Below are positions 29,982 to 38,557 of a stretch of 64,000 nt of DNA, piece by piece; the stretch's first letter is position 1, and each line of letters begins with the position of its first letter. Source of the stretch: Blastocatellia bacterium. GTDB taxonomy: Bacteria; Acidobacteriota; Blastocatellia; RBC074. The stretch lies in assembly GCA_016789725.1 (NCBI GenBank), contig JAEUQN010000001.1, forward strand, positions 78,588 through 142,587. Reading direction: 5' to 3'. The notes below the pieces were generated by a model. It was given only the letters and a program-made list of their open reading frames with translations. It had not been told where the DNA came from and searched no databases. Made by a program: the position numbers and the translations under genes.

Positions 29982-29987
29982 AAAGCT

Positions 29988-30353
29988 TCACAGTTTGTCA
30001 GTTTCGAGGAGCCAAAGGATGGCCGCCTTGATGATGTCGCAGTGACAAGGTTGCGGGACACACCAGCAAAAAAGGGAAACGGGGTTGCCGTCTTTGACGA
30101 TGCGCGCGATGCGAAAGAGTTCGTCGTAGGCTGCTTGTCCGTTGAGTCGGTCGCAGGGTTGGTGGTTGAGCGCGCGCCAAAGGTCTTGTCGGAAAAGTTG
30201 GATGGCTTGATCACGATTGCCATCTTTTCCGAGGACAAATGGGTTGCCAAGAGGAGAAGCAGACAGGGCAGACATTTTGCGACCGCAGTAAATGTGTTTG
30301 GGGTTATGAGGATTGGGACGTTGGGATTTGCAGTTGTAGATTGAGATAGTCAT
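29988..30353 (-). CDS. DUF4326 domain protein (121 aa)
   Basis: YCGRKMSALSASPLGNPFVLGKDGNRDQAIQLFRQDLW matches the DUF4326 signature (GNPF...G...R..AI..F). GGAGG lies 4 nt upstream of the ATG. Confidence 0.55.
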   Translation of the reverse strand: MTISIYNCKSQRPNPHNPKHIYCGRKMSALSASPLGNPFVLGKDGNRDQAIQLFRQDLWRALNHQPCDRLNGQAAYDELFRIARIVKDGNPVSLFCWCVPQPCHCDIIKAAILWLLETDKL

Positions 30354-30385
30354 GCAGCCTCCGAAAGAACGTGGGAGTACTGGCA

Positions 30386-30394
30386 GTAAAAACC
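30386..30394 (-). promoter_or_regulatory. GT[AG]AAAACC motif instance 2
   Basis: caGTAAAAACCgg. It is 33 nt upstream of the DUF4326 ATG. Confidence 0.4.
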
Positions 30395-30533
30395 GGAGGC
30401 GTGAGAGGAAAGGCGCTGGGGAATAGCGTGCGGAATGCAGAATAAAGAGTGATGCGGTAACGGGGTGTGATTCTGGATGGGCGATTTTGGATTTTGGATT
30501 CGGGGAATCCGAGCAAGCCGCGAATAACTGCTC

Positions 30534-30568
30534 AAAAAAAGAGGCGACCCAACCGAAGCCGGATCGCC
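30534..30568 (-). terminator. Rho-independent terminator (11-bp stem, UUCG tetraloop, U7 tail), copy A
   Basis: The minus-strand transcript reads GGCGAUCCGGC-UUCG-GUUGGGUCGCC-UCUUUUUUU. It is 57 nt downstream of the PEP-CTERM-like gene. Confidence 0.6.
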
Positions 30569-30624
30569 AGTGAAAGAAAGGAGATTATGAAGCAATGGTC
30601 TACCTTCAGTAAAAAACCGAAGGC

Positions 30625-30894
30625 TTATGGACGGTTCCGTTTCTTGAGCAAGGACGCGATGCCAGCAAGACTGGAGCCTAAGAGGAGAAGGCTTACAGAT
30701 TCAGGAACGTTGGCTTGGGGAAGCTTGGCGAAGAACTCTTGTTGATCCAGGTTTCTGTCCGCCGGGGTAATGAGGCCGACACCAGCGGTGGGCGCGTTGG
30801 AGTAAGCAACGGAGCGGTTGAGCCAGGTGTTGGTGTCAGCTCGAGAGAGAAGTGAAAAGAAGGAGAGCAGAGTGAGAATGGTGAACAGTTTCAT
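30625..30894 (-). CDS. small secreted protein with PEP-CTERM-like C-terminus (89 aa)
   Basis: Signal peptide MKLFTILTLLSFFSLLSRA. C-terminus VPESVSLLLLGSSLAGIASLLKKRNRP, i.e. P-E-x followed by a TM segment and a basic cluster. Confidence 0.4.
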   Translation of the reverse strand: MKLFTILTLLSFFSLLSRADTNTWLNRSVAYSNAPTAGVGLITPADRNLDQQEFFAKLPQANVPESVSLLLLGSSLAGIASLLKKRNRP

Positions 30895-31185
30895 GGGAAT
30901 TACTGGTAAGAAAAAGGGCGGCTGAAAACCAAACAAGGAAAGTTGTTTTGACCTGCTTGACGGCTTCAGTGACTGGATCAGACTGGATCAAGGCTTTGGT
31001 AGAAACGAGATTCGCCCATACCAGCTTGCGCCGCCGGGAAAAGGGGCAAGCTTTCGTAGAAGTCGCGGTTGGGCGCGCCGAGACGCCAAAGGGTTTCGGG
31101 TTCCGCCAGCAAGAAGGTGTCATCGTCAACAGGGAAGGTGTTTTGTGGTTCAACCCAGAGATGGAAGCGATCGGGGGGATGTTGG

Positions 31186-31383
31186 TTAGCGGGCATGCGC
31201 GTCACCCCCGAACAAACGATAGGCGATGTCGGATAATTCAACCGAGACACATTCGCTACAGATGACTTCACCGAAATCGGCGTCAACGAAGTGTTTGCCG
31301 CGCGTGACGAGGTGTTCTTCGCCGCAGTTAGGACAGACGTGGGATTGGTTACTGGTCGGGAAAAATTGAATTGAAACGGACAT
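31186..31383 (-). CDS. small zinc-ribbon protein (65 aa)
   Basis: CPNC..17 aa..CSEC. Confidence 0.35.
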   Translation of the reverse strand: MSVSIQFFPTSNQSHVCPNCGEEHLVTRGKHFVDADFGEVICSECVSVELSDIAYRLFGGDAHAR

Positions 31384-31465
31384 AGTTACTCCTGATGGTG
31401 GATTTGAGATGGCGGATTTTCGAGAGACGAAACCCGAAGCTGTGAAAGACGCTTAGATAGAAACA

Positions 31466-31474
31466 GTAAAAACC
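31466..31474 (-). promoter_or_regulatory. GT[AG]AAAACC motif instance 3
   Basis: caGTAAAAACCgg. It is ~83 nt upstream of the Zn-ribbon gene. Confidence 0.4.
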
Positions 31475-31585
31475 GGAAACGTGATTGGGAGGGGGCTTGC
31501 TTGAGTAGGAAGAGTGACGAGGTTGTGTTTGGCAGGCAAGGTAATGACGTTGCGTGTCAGGTATGAGTCCTTCTGGTTGGAATGC

Positions 31586-32452
31586 TCAATAGTGTTCGTG
31601 GAGGGTGGCTTCGATCAGAGCGAAGTTATCCATCGTCTTCAGGTGCAAGATAGCCTTAATGTGTGCGAAGAAGAATTTGACAGGTTTGCCGGCTTCGAGC
31701 AGCGAACGGGTCAAGTCGAGGGTATCGTCGTGTTTTGCGGGACGGCGAAATGCAACGTGATTCGTCTCGTCGTAGAGCGCAAGCCCGAAGTTCGCACTGG
31801 AACAGGCGGCTTGCTTGGTGGCCACGAAGAAGTCTGCTCCAAATTCCGCTGGCACAGGTACGGTCGTGAAGTTCCCGTGATTGATGAGCGCTCTATCCCC
31901 AACGTGATAGAGCGCCACTTCTGGGTAGCGTTCGTCGGCGATGAAGAGTTGGATGCGCGAACTGAAGCCTGCCTCATCAGTAAGCAGAAAACGGCCTTCC
32001 TGGTTGATGATGGTGGCGAGTGTCATTGCGATTCGCAAGGGAAGTTGGGTGATGGTCGGACTACCAAAACAGAAGACATTCATTGCTTTCGCCTTACGGA
32101 ACAGAACAGCGGCGAAGAAGTCGCCGCGCGTTCCATTGATCCAGATGTCCCAGCCGCGCCGTTGGTATTGTTCGATGAGTGGTGGGAGAGCGTCTTGAGA
32201 AGTGGCGTTGATGTACAAGTGATCGTATCCGGGTTCCAAGTCCCAGGGATGTCCGGCATTGATGTCAAGGTCTTGTTGGATCAGCGCTTCCTCTGAATCT
32301 CCCTTGGTTGCTCTGTGCGAGCGTCTTCGTGCTGGGTGCGGTTTAGAAAATGATGAGTTAGGAATTGGCAACTCCCTCCTGTTCCATGAAGGCTTGCAGT
32401 GGCCTGATGACTTGTGGATTGATGTCGCGCCGCTCGCGGATTTCTTGCGCAA
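31586..32452 (-). CDS. hypothetical protein (start uncertain, probably internal)
   Basis: The C-terminal ~200 aa look protein-like. The N-terminal part of the ORF overlaps the upstream 117-aa gene and looks non-coding. Confidence 0.4.
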   Translation of the reverse strand: MRKKSASGATSIHKSSGHCKPSWNRRELPIPNSSFSKPHPARRRSHRATKGDSEEALIQQDLDINAGHPWDLEPGYDHLYINATSQDALPPLIEQYQRRGWDIWINGTRGDFFAAVLFRKAKAMNVFCFGSPTITQLPLRIAMTLATIINQEGRFLLTDEAGFSSRIQLFIADERYPEVALYHVGDRALINHGNFTTVPVPAEFGADFFVATKQAACSSANFGLALYDETNHVAFRRPAKHDDTLDLTRSLLEAGKPVKFFFAHIKAILHLKTMDNFALIEATLHEHY

Positions 32453-32711
32453 TGATCTTGGTGATTTGCGCTTCGTCAGGTGTTGCGGAGGGAAGCGGGG
32501 CGAAGAACGAATCTGCGATGTCCGGGCGGGACAGTGAGAAATCAGGGAATCGCTCTTGATAAAGAGTGAGCCGTTGCGCTACAAGACTGTATTCGTGCGC
32601 GAGGAATGTATCGCGTTCGTGCTGGGTACGCGTGAAGTGGGACTTGTAGTAAGCGGACTTCAGCGTAAGGAATGCCAGAATCGTAAAGAGATCAGACGGT
32701 TGCAGTTGCAT
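32358..32711 (-). CDS. hypothetical protein (117 aa)
   Basis: Intact ORF. Its start overlaps the GGDEF gene's stop by 20 nt. Confidence 0.4.
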   Translation of the reverse strand: MQLQPSDLFTILAFLTLKSAYYKSHFTRTQHERDTFLAHEYSLVAQRLTLYQERFPDFSLSRPDIADSFFAPLPSATPDEAQITKIIAQEIRERRDINPQVIRPLQAFMEQEGVANS

Positions 32712-33228
32712 AAAGAGACTCCTGCTTACGTTGTTGTTTGCGGAAATACATCGCGTCGTCCGCGTCGCTCAGGGAACAGCCGATACCACCAGAGATGCAA
32801 ACGCCAAGCCGTTGGACTTCCGGGACGTGGGCAATCAATTGATCAAAGCGGATTTCCGCCCTGCGGCGAAACGCCTCGGCGATTTCCTTTGGCACCAAGC
32901 AAACAAATTCGTCGCCGCCCAACCGAAAGACACGACGACAATGAAATTCAGCCGCAGTACAAGCCAGTGATTCCGCGACAGTACGCAACAAGCCATCGCC
33001 CGTTTTGTGTCCGAGCGTGTCATTGACGGCCTTGAATGAGTTCACGTCAAAGAGGACAACGACGAATCCTTCAGCGAAAGCGGCGGGAAAAGCAGCTTCG
33101 AGTGCGCGGCGATTGCCGATTTGGGTCAGAGGATCGGTATAGGCTGCCTGGATGGCGTTCTTGCGGCGCTCGGCCAGTTCAGGGGAAATGAAATCCGCAA
33201 TGCGAGCTCGTGTTTGATCGAGAATCAT
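32692..33228 (-). CDS. standalone GGDEF-domain diguanylate cyclase (~178 aa; start at MILDQTR)
   Basis: RLGGDEFVCLV with an intact GGDEF motif. DVNSFKAVNDTLGHKTGD is present. No sensor domain. Confidence 0.6.
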   Translation of the reverse strand: MILDQTRARIADFISPELAERRKNAIQAAYTDPLTQIGNRRALEAAFPAAFAEGFVVVLFDVNSFKAVNDTLGHKTGDGLLRTVAESLACTAAEFHCRRVFRLGGDEFVCLVPKEIAEAFRRRAEIRFDQLIAHVPEVQRLGVCISGGIGCSLSDADDAMYFRKQQRKQESLYATATV

Positions 33229-33287
33229 GTTGTAACTCTTTCGGCATAGAGAACGAGTTGTTCGGCCGTGGCAGTGGGGTACGGGCG

Positions 33288-33296
33288 GTAAAAACC
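33288..33296 (-). promoter_or_regulatory. GT[AG]AAAACC motif instance 4
   Basis: cgGTAAAAACCgg. It is ~60 nt upstream of the GGDEF start. Confidence 0.4.
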
Positions 33297-33489
33297 GGGC
33301 GCATCGCGCGCAAATCAAATGGCAAAGGGCAGAAAGCAGAAGGGAGACATGGTGTTGTTTGCCTTATTGTGAGGCGGGGATTGCGGAGGGCGGAATGAGG
33401 AAGAATTGTCTGTGAAACAGAAAGGGCGACCGCGTGGGAAAGGGACAGCCGCCCAAGAGGGGGTACGAAATGTTAGATCATTGCTTGTG

Positions 33490-33798
33490 TTAGTTGCGCG
33501 TGAGGTTGGCCGAGAGCCGCGCGATGGCGTCATCGGACATCTCGCTGGCAGCGTTCAAGACGTCGGTGAAGGAGAAGTCGGCTCTGACGTAGGAGGTGGT
33601 AGGTGGCTTGCCGGGATCAGTGACTTGAACGACGGCAAGTCCGAGCCAATAAGGATCAAGAAGGATCACTTCCTCAGAGGGCGTTGTGATGGTTTCGCCT
33701 GCTTGAAACAATCGAACCGAGCAGTGGCTATGACAACGATTCAGTTGGACGGGCAGCCCGGCCAACAGGGCGTGCAGTACGGTCTGCGCTTTGGACAT
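33490..33798 (-). CDS. hypothetical protein (102 aa)
   Basis: Intact ORF co-oriented with its neighbours. Confidence 0.3.
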   Translation of the reverse strand: MSKAQTVLHALLAGLPVQLNRCHSHCSVRLFQAGETITTPSEEVILLDPYWLGLAVVQVTDPGKPPTTSYVRADFSFTDVLNAASEMSDDAIARLSANLTRN

Positions 33799-33840
33799 TG
33801 AAACTCCAGATTGATAGTGGTGGTTGGAAAGGGAAGGGAA

Positions 33841-34152
33841 TTAGCCGACGCGACGTCCGCCGCATGTGTCGGGATGATTGCGGACAACCATACCTTTTGC
33901 CTCAATCCAGGCCTGGGCTTCTTCGTCGGTCAGATTGTTGCCATCGTTGCTTGTCAGCGTCTGGAACAAATTGGTAGCCAGAAAAATTTCGCCGTTGTGA
34001 AGCGTGATGTAGAAGTCCCCTGGAAATTTGGGTGTGGATTCAATGGACGCGACTTGCTGGCGGGTGATTTCCCAACAGTTGCCAGTCGGGGAATAGAGGC
34101 CGACGACCCTGGTTTGCAATGCGAAGCTGATAGGAGGGGGTGAGTTCTGCAT
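33841..34152 (-). CDS. hypothetical protein (103 aa)
   Basis: Intact ORF co-oriented with its neighbours. Confidence 0.35.
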   Translation of the reverse strand: MQNSPPPISFALQTRVVGLYSPTGNCWEITRQQVASIESTPKFPGDFYITLHNGEIFLATNLFQTLTSNDGNNLTDEEAQAWIEAKGMVVRNHPDTCGGRRVG

Positions 34153-34253
34153 ATGAAATTCCTGCGAGAGAATAACGGAAAGTGAACAAAAGAAGAAACC
34201 ACGTTGGATTCTGAATTTAGAGATCTGGAGAAGGCGGTGTCAAAAGCCTTCCG

Positions 34254-34288
34254 AAAAAAAGAGGCGACCCCGCCGAAGCAGGATCGCC
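34254..34288 (-). terminator. Rho-independent terminator, copy B (32/35 nt identical to copy A)
   Basis: The minus-strand transcript reads GGCGAUCCUGC-UUCG-GCGGGGUCGCC-UCUUUUUUU. Confidence 0.6.
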
Positions 34289-35059
34289 GAGAGAAGAACG
34301 CGTGTTTTTTAGGAGAGAGACTTGGGTTCCTGCGCCACGCCAGCGAACCTTGGGCCTGATCACGCTGCCGAACCCCCTGCGGAGACAACCGACTCCGGCT
34401 TGTTCGGTGCGTCTGGTACGCGCGATGGCGCAGGAAGAGGAAGCGCAGAGAGGGGCGGTTTCGGCGCAAAGAAATGTTTCCGAAACGAAATGTCGCCGTG
34501 TGGGAGACGTTGCGCTTTGACAAAGAAGCCACTACGCCGCGCCCATCGTTCCAGCACGACCATCCTTGGGTTGTGTTCTTTGGACAAGTTGGCCTCCATC
34601 GTTGTGGCGTGCCGAGAGGCCGTGGGTGGCCGTCCGGCACGCCGTGCTTGACCGAGCAAACGTGATCGGTCAAGGCCGGGGCACGAGAGCGGGAGTTGGT
34701 GTTGGCTCTCGTTCGGGATAGGGAAGAAAGCACACGGAAACGGTCGGGTTCTGATCGAAGGCTCAGCTTGCGTGGTCGTGCAAGCCAGTCTTGTAGCAAC
34801 AAAGCAACGTCCCCAGTTGATTGTTGCGCCGACCGCTTCCGTCTACGCTCCGCCGTAAGCAGGAGTTAAACTTACAGCAGCGCCGTCAGAGGCAGCGCGG
34901 CTGGCATCGCTTGGAAGACCGCACAAGGCCAGCCGCTTTCGTGGTGGATGTCGTTGAAGGTTGAGAGATGAGTTGCCGTACAGCTTGCCGGAATCCATCT
35001 TGTGTGATTGCTAGTTGGGTTAGAGGCGAATCCAGCCGCCTAGCAATTTCTTATCATCC

Positions 35060-35068
35060 GTAAAAACC
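35060..35068 (-). promoter_or_regulatory. GT[AG]AAAACC motif instance 5
   Basis: ccGTAAAAACCct. It sits at the head of the ORF-less 34.3-35.0 kb segment. Confidence 0.35.
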
Positions 35069-35369
35069 CTACTGGACGGAGATGGTCACGGTGTTGGCGG
35101 GCTTTTCTTGGATGACAATTTCTAGCGGGTAATTTCCCGTCATGACTAGGGAAGTGAGCCTTTTGATTGGGTACGACCCGCGAGAGTGCGTACGACGAAA
35201 ACAATCAGAAACGGGAATGTGAGTAGCGCCACCCCGACGGTGACAAGCACAAGAAAAAGTGCCTGCGCGAGCTGAAGAAGACGATTCATACGAAAAGAAC
35301 AGCCCAGCCAAGGGCGAATCCTGACTGGGCGGTTGTGGTTCCAATGGTTGAAGCGCGAAAGGCTGGGAA

Positions 35370-35777
35370 TTAGCTGCGCGGCACTTTGCCGACAAACTGG
35401 ACGCGGAACGCGTCGAGTCGGTTGGAGTGGTATTCCTGGCCGTCCTGGCCTTCTTTCGTGATGTTGATGGATAAGCGACCATCTTGCACCGCGATCCGGG
35501 AGCCGGGCTTAGCCGCTTGCATCAGCTTGACGACACCCGGATTGCTGGAAACGATTTCGACCCACTGGCCCTTCTCGTTACGTTCGGCTTGTTTGTCATT
35601 CAGCTTTTCGCCTTTGACTGGACGGCGGGTGACGACCCCCAGAAACGCACAGTAACTGTTGCCGTTTTTGTCTTTGCCGAAGTGGATGAGGGATTCTTTG
35701 TTCGTCGGTTGAACGACGGTGACAATTGTGTTGGTGACGTTGAAGGAGGGAAGCGGATTGGTGTTTGCGTTTGCCAT
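35370..35777 (-). CDS. hypothetical OB-fold-like protein (~135 aa; start MANANTNPLP)
   Basis: Protein-like only from the internal Met onward. Adjacent to ssb. OB-fold assignment is tentative. Confidence 0.35.
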   Translation of the reverse strand: MANANTNPLPSFNVTNTIVTVVQPTNKESLIHFGKDKNGNSYCAFLGVVTRRPVKGEKLNDKQAERNEKGQWVEIVSSNPGVVKLMQAAKPGSRIAVQDGRLSINITKEGQDGQEYHSNRLDAFRVQFVGKVPRS

Positions 35778-35859
35778 AGAGAGAGTAGACCTTTCAGTGA
35801 TTTGGTTGTCTTGAAGTGAGGTGAACGCACGCTGCGTTCGGAACAAGGATTTATTCCCT

Positions 35860-35868
35860 GTGAAAACC
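35860..35868 (-). promoter_or_regulatory. GT[AG]AAAACC motif instance 6
   Basis: ctGTGAAAACCac. It is ~85 nt upstream of the 135-aa OB-like gene. Confidence 0.35.
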
Positions 35869-36000
35869 ACGCGCGAAGCGCGCCTTCGGCGTTGGTTGTA
35901 AACGTGCGCAAAACTCTTTTGCAGCAGTGACAGGAATAGAAAAAGCCAGGACGCAGTGAATCCGAATCCTGACTTTTGCGGATGATAGGGAAGGGGGCAC

Positions 36001-36453
36001 CTAGAACGGAATATCCTCTGTATCGTCGGTGCCTTGCAACTCCGGCGCTTGCTCTGTGGCAGGTGCGGCAGTGCTGGTTCCATTGCCGTTTTTGCGGAAC
36101 AGGATTGAGAACTTGGTACCGGTCATGCGAATTTCGTTGTAGACCGTGCCTTCTTTCTCGTTGGCGTTTTCGTACGCATCGGTCGCGTCAATGCGCACCC
36201 GGTCGCCTTTGCCTACGCCGCTCTTGGCGACCGCATTGGCCTGTCCGCCCCAGAAGGTCACGATGCGGACGGAACGACGTTGTTGGTTGCCGCGCACGAC
36301 GTTGCTGATGACTTTCAGGTCAACGACCGCGCGGTCTTCACCGTTGACTTTGACGGTACGAACTTCCGGCGTGACGGCAAGGTTGGCTTCAAAGCTGATC
36401 TGTTGGTAATCGGAGAATTGGCGAGTTGCATTACTGTTGTTGGTTTCTGACAT
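36001..36453 (-). CDS. ssb: single-stranded DNA-binding protein
   Basis: Acidic C-terminal tail ending DDTEDIPF, matching the canonical SSB D-D-D-I-P-F. 150 aa with a Gly/Gln-rich linker. Confidence 0.75.
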   Translation of the reverse strand: MSETNNSNATRQFSDYQQISFEANLAVTPEVRTVKVNGEDRAVVDLKVISNVVRGNQQRRSVRIVTFWGGQANAVAKSGVGKGDRVRIDATDAYENANEKEGTVYNEIRMTGTKFSILFRKNGNGTSTAAPATEQAPELQGTDDTEDIPF

Positions 36454-36577
36454 GGTGGGAAAATCCTTTCAAATGGTTGTGATTGATTCGGGGAAACATA
36501 CAAGGCGGTCTGCACCTGTTATGCCAGTGTCGCTCAAGCGAGGAAGCTTTTTCCTGTCGAGCGATTTTGTATTGCCT

Positions 36578-36586
36578 GTAAAAACC
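36578..36586 (-). promoter_or_regulatory. GT[AG]AAAACC motif instance 7
   Basis: ctGTAAAAACCca. It is ~125 nt upstream of ssb. Confidence 0.4.
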
Positions 36587-36679
36587 CAGAGGCTTTGTGA
36601 GGTGAACTATTGGGAGAAGCTGTGACTTTGGCTTTTGGATTGGGAAGCCATTATGCCGCGACCAACCTCGAATCGAAGC

Positions 36680-37048
36680 TCATTTCACCGCGTACCCCTG
36701 ACGTGCTTGCTGGTACGGACGAATTGCTCTCTGGATCGAATTGAAGACGCGCTCCGAATATCGCTTACGGCGTTCCGTTGCCTTTGTTGCAAACTGCGGA
36801 AAGTCATGCAGGATGTCCGTGATCTGCCCGGCTACCTCTTGCATGCCTGCAAGCTTCAGTATCTGATCGAACCAGAACTGAGGTTTGTACTGATTGACGC
36901 GAACCGTGTGTGCCATCTTGAGCACTGGCTGACTGGCAGCCGTCATGGCAGCTTCCTCTTTGGCGAGAAGTTGATGCAGTTGGTTGAGAACGTAGGCATT
37001 CTCGATGCGATCCTGCCCGGTAACATCCTTGTAACTTGCAGCGTTCAT
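36680..37048 (-). CDS. hypothetical protein (122 aa)
   Basis: Intact ORF with a GT[AG]AAAACC motif 52 nt upstream. Confidence 0.35.
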   Translation of the reverse strand: MNAASYKDVTGQDRIENAYVLNQLHQLLAKEEAAMTAASQPVLKMAHTVRVNQYKPQFWFDQILKLAGMQEVAGQITDILHDFPQFATKATERRKRYSERVFNSIQRAIRPYQQARQGYAVK

Positions 37049-37099
37049 AGCGGTGACTCCTGATCGTGAAATGTTGTTTGAGGCAGTGGGCTATGAACC

Positions 37100-37108
37100 G
37101 TGAAAACC
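37100..37108 (-). promoter_or_regulatory. GT[AG]AAAACC motif instance 8
   Basis: ccGTGAAAACCcg. It is ~52 nt upstream of the 122-aa gene. Confidence 0.4.
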
Positions 37109-37335
37109 CGGCGGCTACGCCGCAACGCAAACGGCAAATCTCAAAATGCAAAAGGGCGGAAGACGGTTTGGGCTTTATTGGGTTTGGGAAATGGGGCGGA
37201 GTGAGGACTTCACGAGATTGGAATAGCAAGCGACAGCGGATTTCGTGTAGGAGCGGGCGGAAAGCGGCTGAACCCTCAGCACATATCGCTTTTCGGGATG
37301 TCCGCTTTCTCTAATTAGCGATGAAGGTCAATGAT

Positions 37336-37668
37336 TCAATCTGCGCGCTTGTCATCATTCCACGCCTGCTCTGCATCCTCGTCGGATTCAAACCGCGCGC
37401 AAGCATCGCATCGTTCGATCACACCGCTTGCCGCACGCAAAACACCGGGTACACCACTGTGCAAGATTTCTTGCGGGTCTTCGCAAAGACAGACAAAGAC
37501 AATCGCAGATTTCGGTTGAACCTCGCCTTGGAGTCTCCATTCAGTGAGGTGTGTTTGCGCGGCGGCTTCGGTCTCGAACTGACGCGCGAAGAAGGGACTG
37601 CTTGTCCACGTTTGGTTGCCGTAGACAAATTCAGTCTCGGAGCCAGTGGTGCGAGTGATGACGTACAT
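37336..37668 (-). CDS. hypothetical protein (110 aa)
   Basis: Intact ORF. Confidence 0.35.
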   Translation of the reverse strand: MYVITRTTGSETEFVYGNQTWTSSPFFARQFETEAAAQTHLTEWRLQGEVQPKSAIVFVCLCEDPQEILHSGVPGVLRAASGVIERCDACARFESDEDAEQAWNDDKRAD

Positions 37669-37683
37669 CCGCTCTTCCTTTCG

Positions 37684-38385
37684 TTATATGGTCTGCAAAA
37701 AGTCACCCGGTTCTTCTTCCGAGAGCGCATCAGCCAGATAGCCCGTTGGGAATTGCGCTTTCAAGTGGGCCGCAACCAAGAGTCGAATGCCTTCTTGGAG
37801 CTGTCGGATTTGCGCTTCGAGTTCGGCGATCTCCGGTGCGATCTCAGCGGCGGCAGCTTGCCACGACGACTGCGCAGCACGACACTCGTTTTGTTGTTCG
37901 GTGATCTGCGCAAGCGCGACAGGAACGTCGTACTGTTCTATCGTGCGGTATTCGTCGGCGAGGATGGCGGCGTATTTGCGAAAGGCTTCGGGCCAAGTGC
38001 TGGCGGAGCGCGCTTCTTCTGCGGCGGCCTCGCGCAACTCGCGCCGACGGCGTTCCTGCGCTTCGTACTGACGGTCTTGCAGGTCGTTTAGTTGTTGGCG
38101 GAGGTCGGTAGCTTCGGCTTGTGCATAGCGCGCGGTATCGTGGAGAGGTTGATAATTTTTACTCATCAGCAGAGCCCTCTTGAAGTTGTTCGTTCGCGGC
38201 ATCCCTTGCACGTTGCGTTTGTAACGTGCGATTTCCTTCGCACCATGAACAGCCCCCATGATTGCGACGGCTTCTATCGTGGCGTTTGGAACCGCGATAG
38301 CGTTTCCGGCGCTCTTTGCCGGAGGCGATGGCTTTGTCGAGTGGCATAAGTTACTCCCAGAGTGAAAAGCAAAGTTTGTCGGCAA
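37684..38385 (-). CDS. coiled-coil hypothetical protein (start uncertain; likely MSKNYQ at 38166)
   Basis: Heptad-like Glu/Arg/Gln/Ala-rich segment. AGAGGG lies 9 nt upstream of the internal Met. Confidence 0.4.
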   Translation of the reverse strand: MPTNFAFHSGSNLCHSTKPSPPAKSAGNAIAVPNATIEAVAIMGAVHGAKEIARYKRNVQGMPRTNNFKRALLMSKNYQPLHDTARYAQAEATDLRQQLNDLQDRQYEAQERRRRELREAAAEEARSASTWPEAFRKYAAILADEYRTIEQYDVPVALAQITEQQNECRAAQSSWQAAAAEIAPEIAELEAQIRQLQEGIRLLVAAHLKAQFPTGYLADALSEEEPGDFLQTI

Positions 38386-38551
38386 CCGCTTCCAGGGCGG
38401 TCTTGAGATTCGTCGCGGCTTCGAACGTGATTCCGTCAGCGATAGTTTCGCGGCGCGTAGTATGGCTGGCGTCTTGCCAGTAGACGTTTAGGAAGTGCGT
38501 CCCGTCAGCGTTTTGATAGATAGCGAATGAGGGTGGTCTTGTATCAGGCAT
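38351..38551 (-). CDS. small hypothetical protein (66 aa)
   Basis: Intact ORF. Confidence 0.3.
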   Translation of the reverse strand: MPDTRPPSFAIYQNADGTHFLNVYWQDASHTTRRETIADGITFEAATNLKTALEAVADKLCFSLWE

Positions 38552-38557
38552 CGGTAA

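Noticed and set aside
30350-30595. 81-aa minus ORF starting right after a degenerate motif copy
   Set aside because: It contains terminator copy A inside it and has low-complexity P/S/H-rich composition.
31514-32296. 260-aa plus-strand ORF opposite the 288-aa minus ORF
   Set aside because: All neighbours are minus-strand and the minus-strand translation is more protein-like in its C-terminal 200 aa. The strand choice remains uncertain.
33954-34802. 282-aa minus-strand ORF
   Set aside because: Extremely Arg/Ser/Pro-rich low-complexity translation. It runs straight through the strong terminator at 34254-34288.
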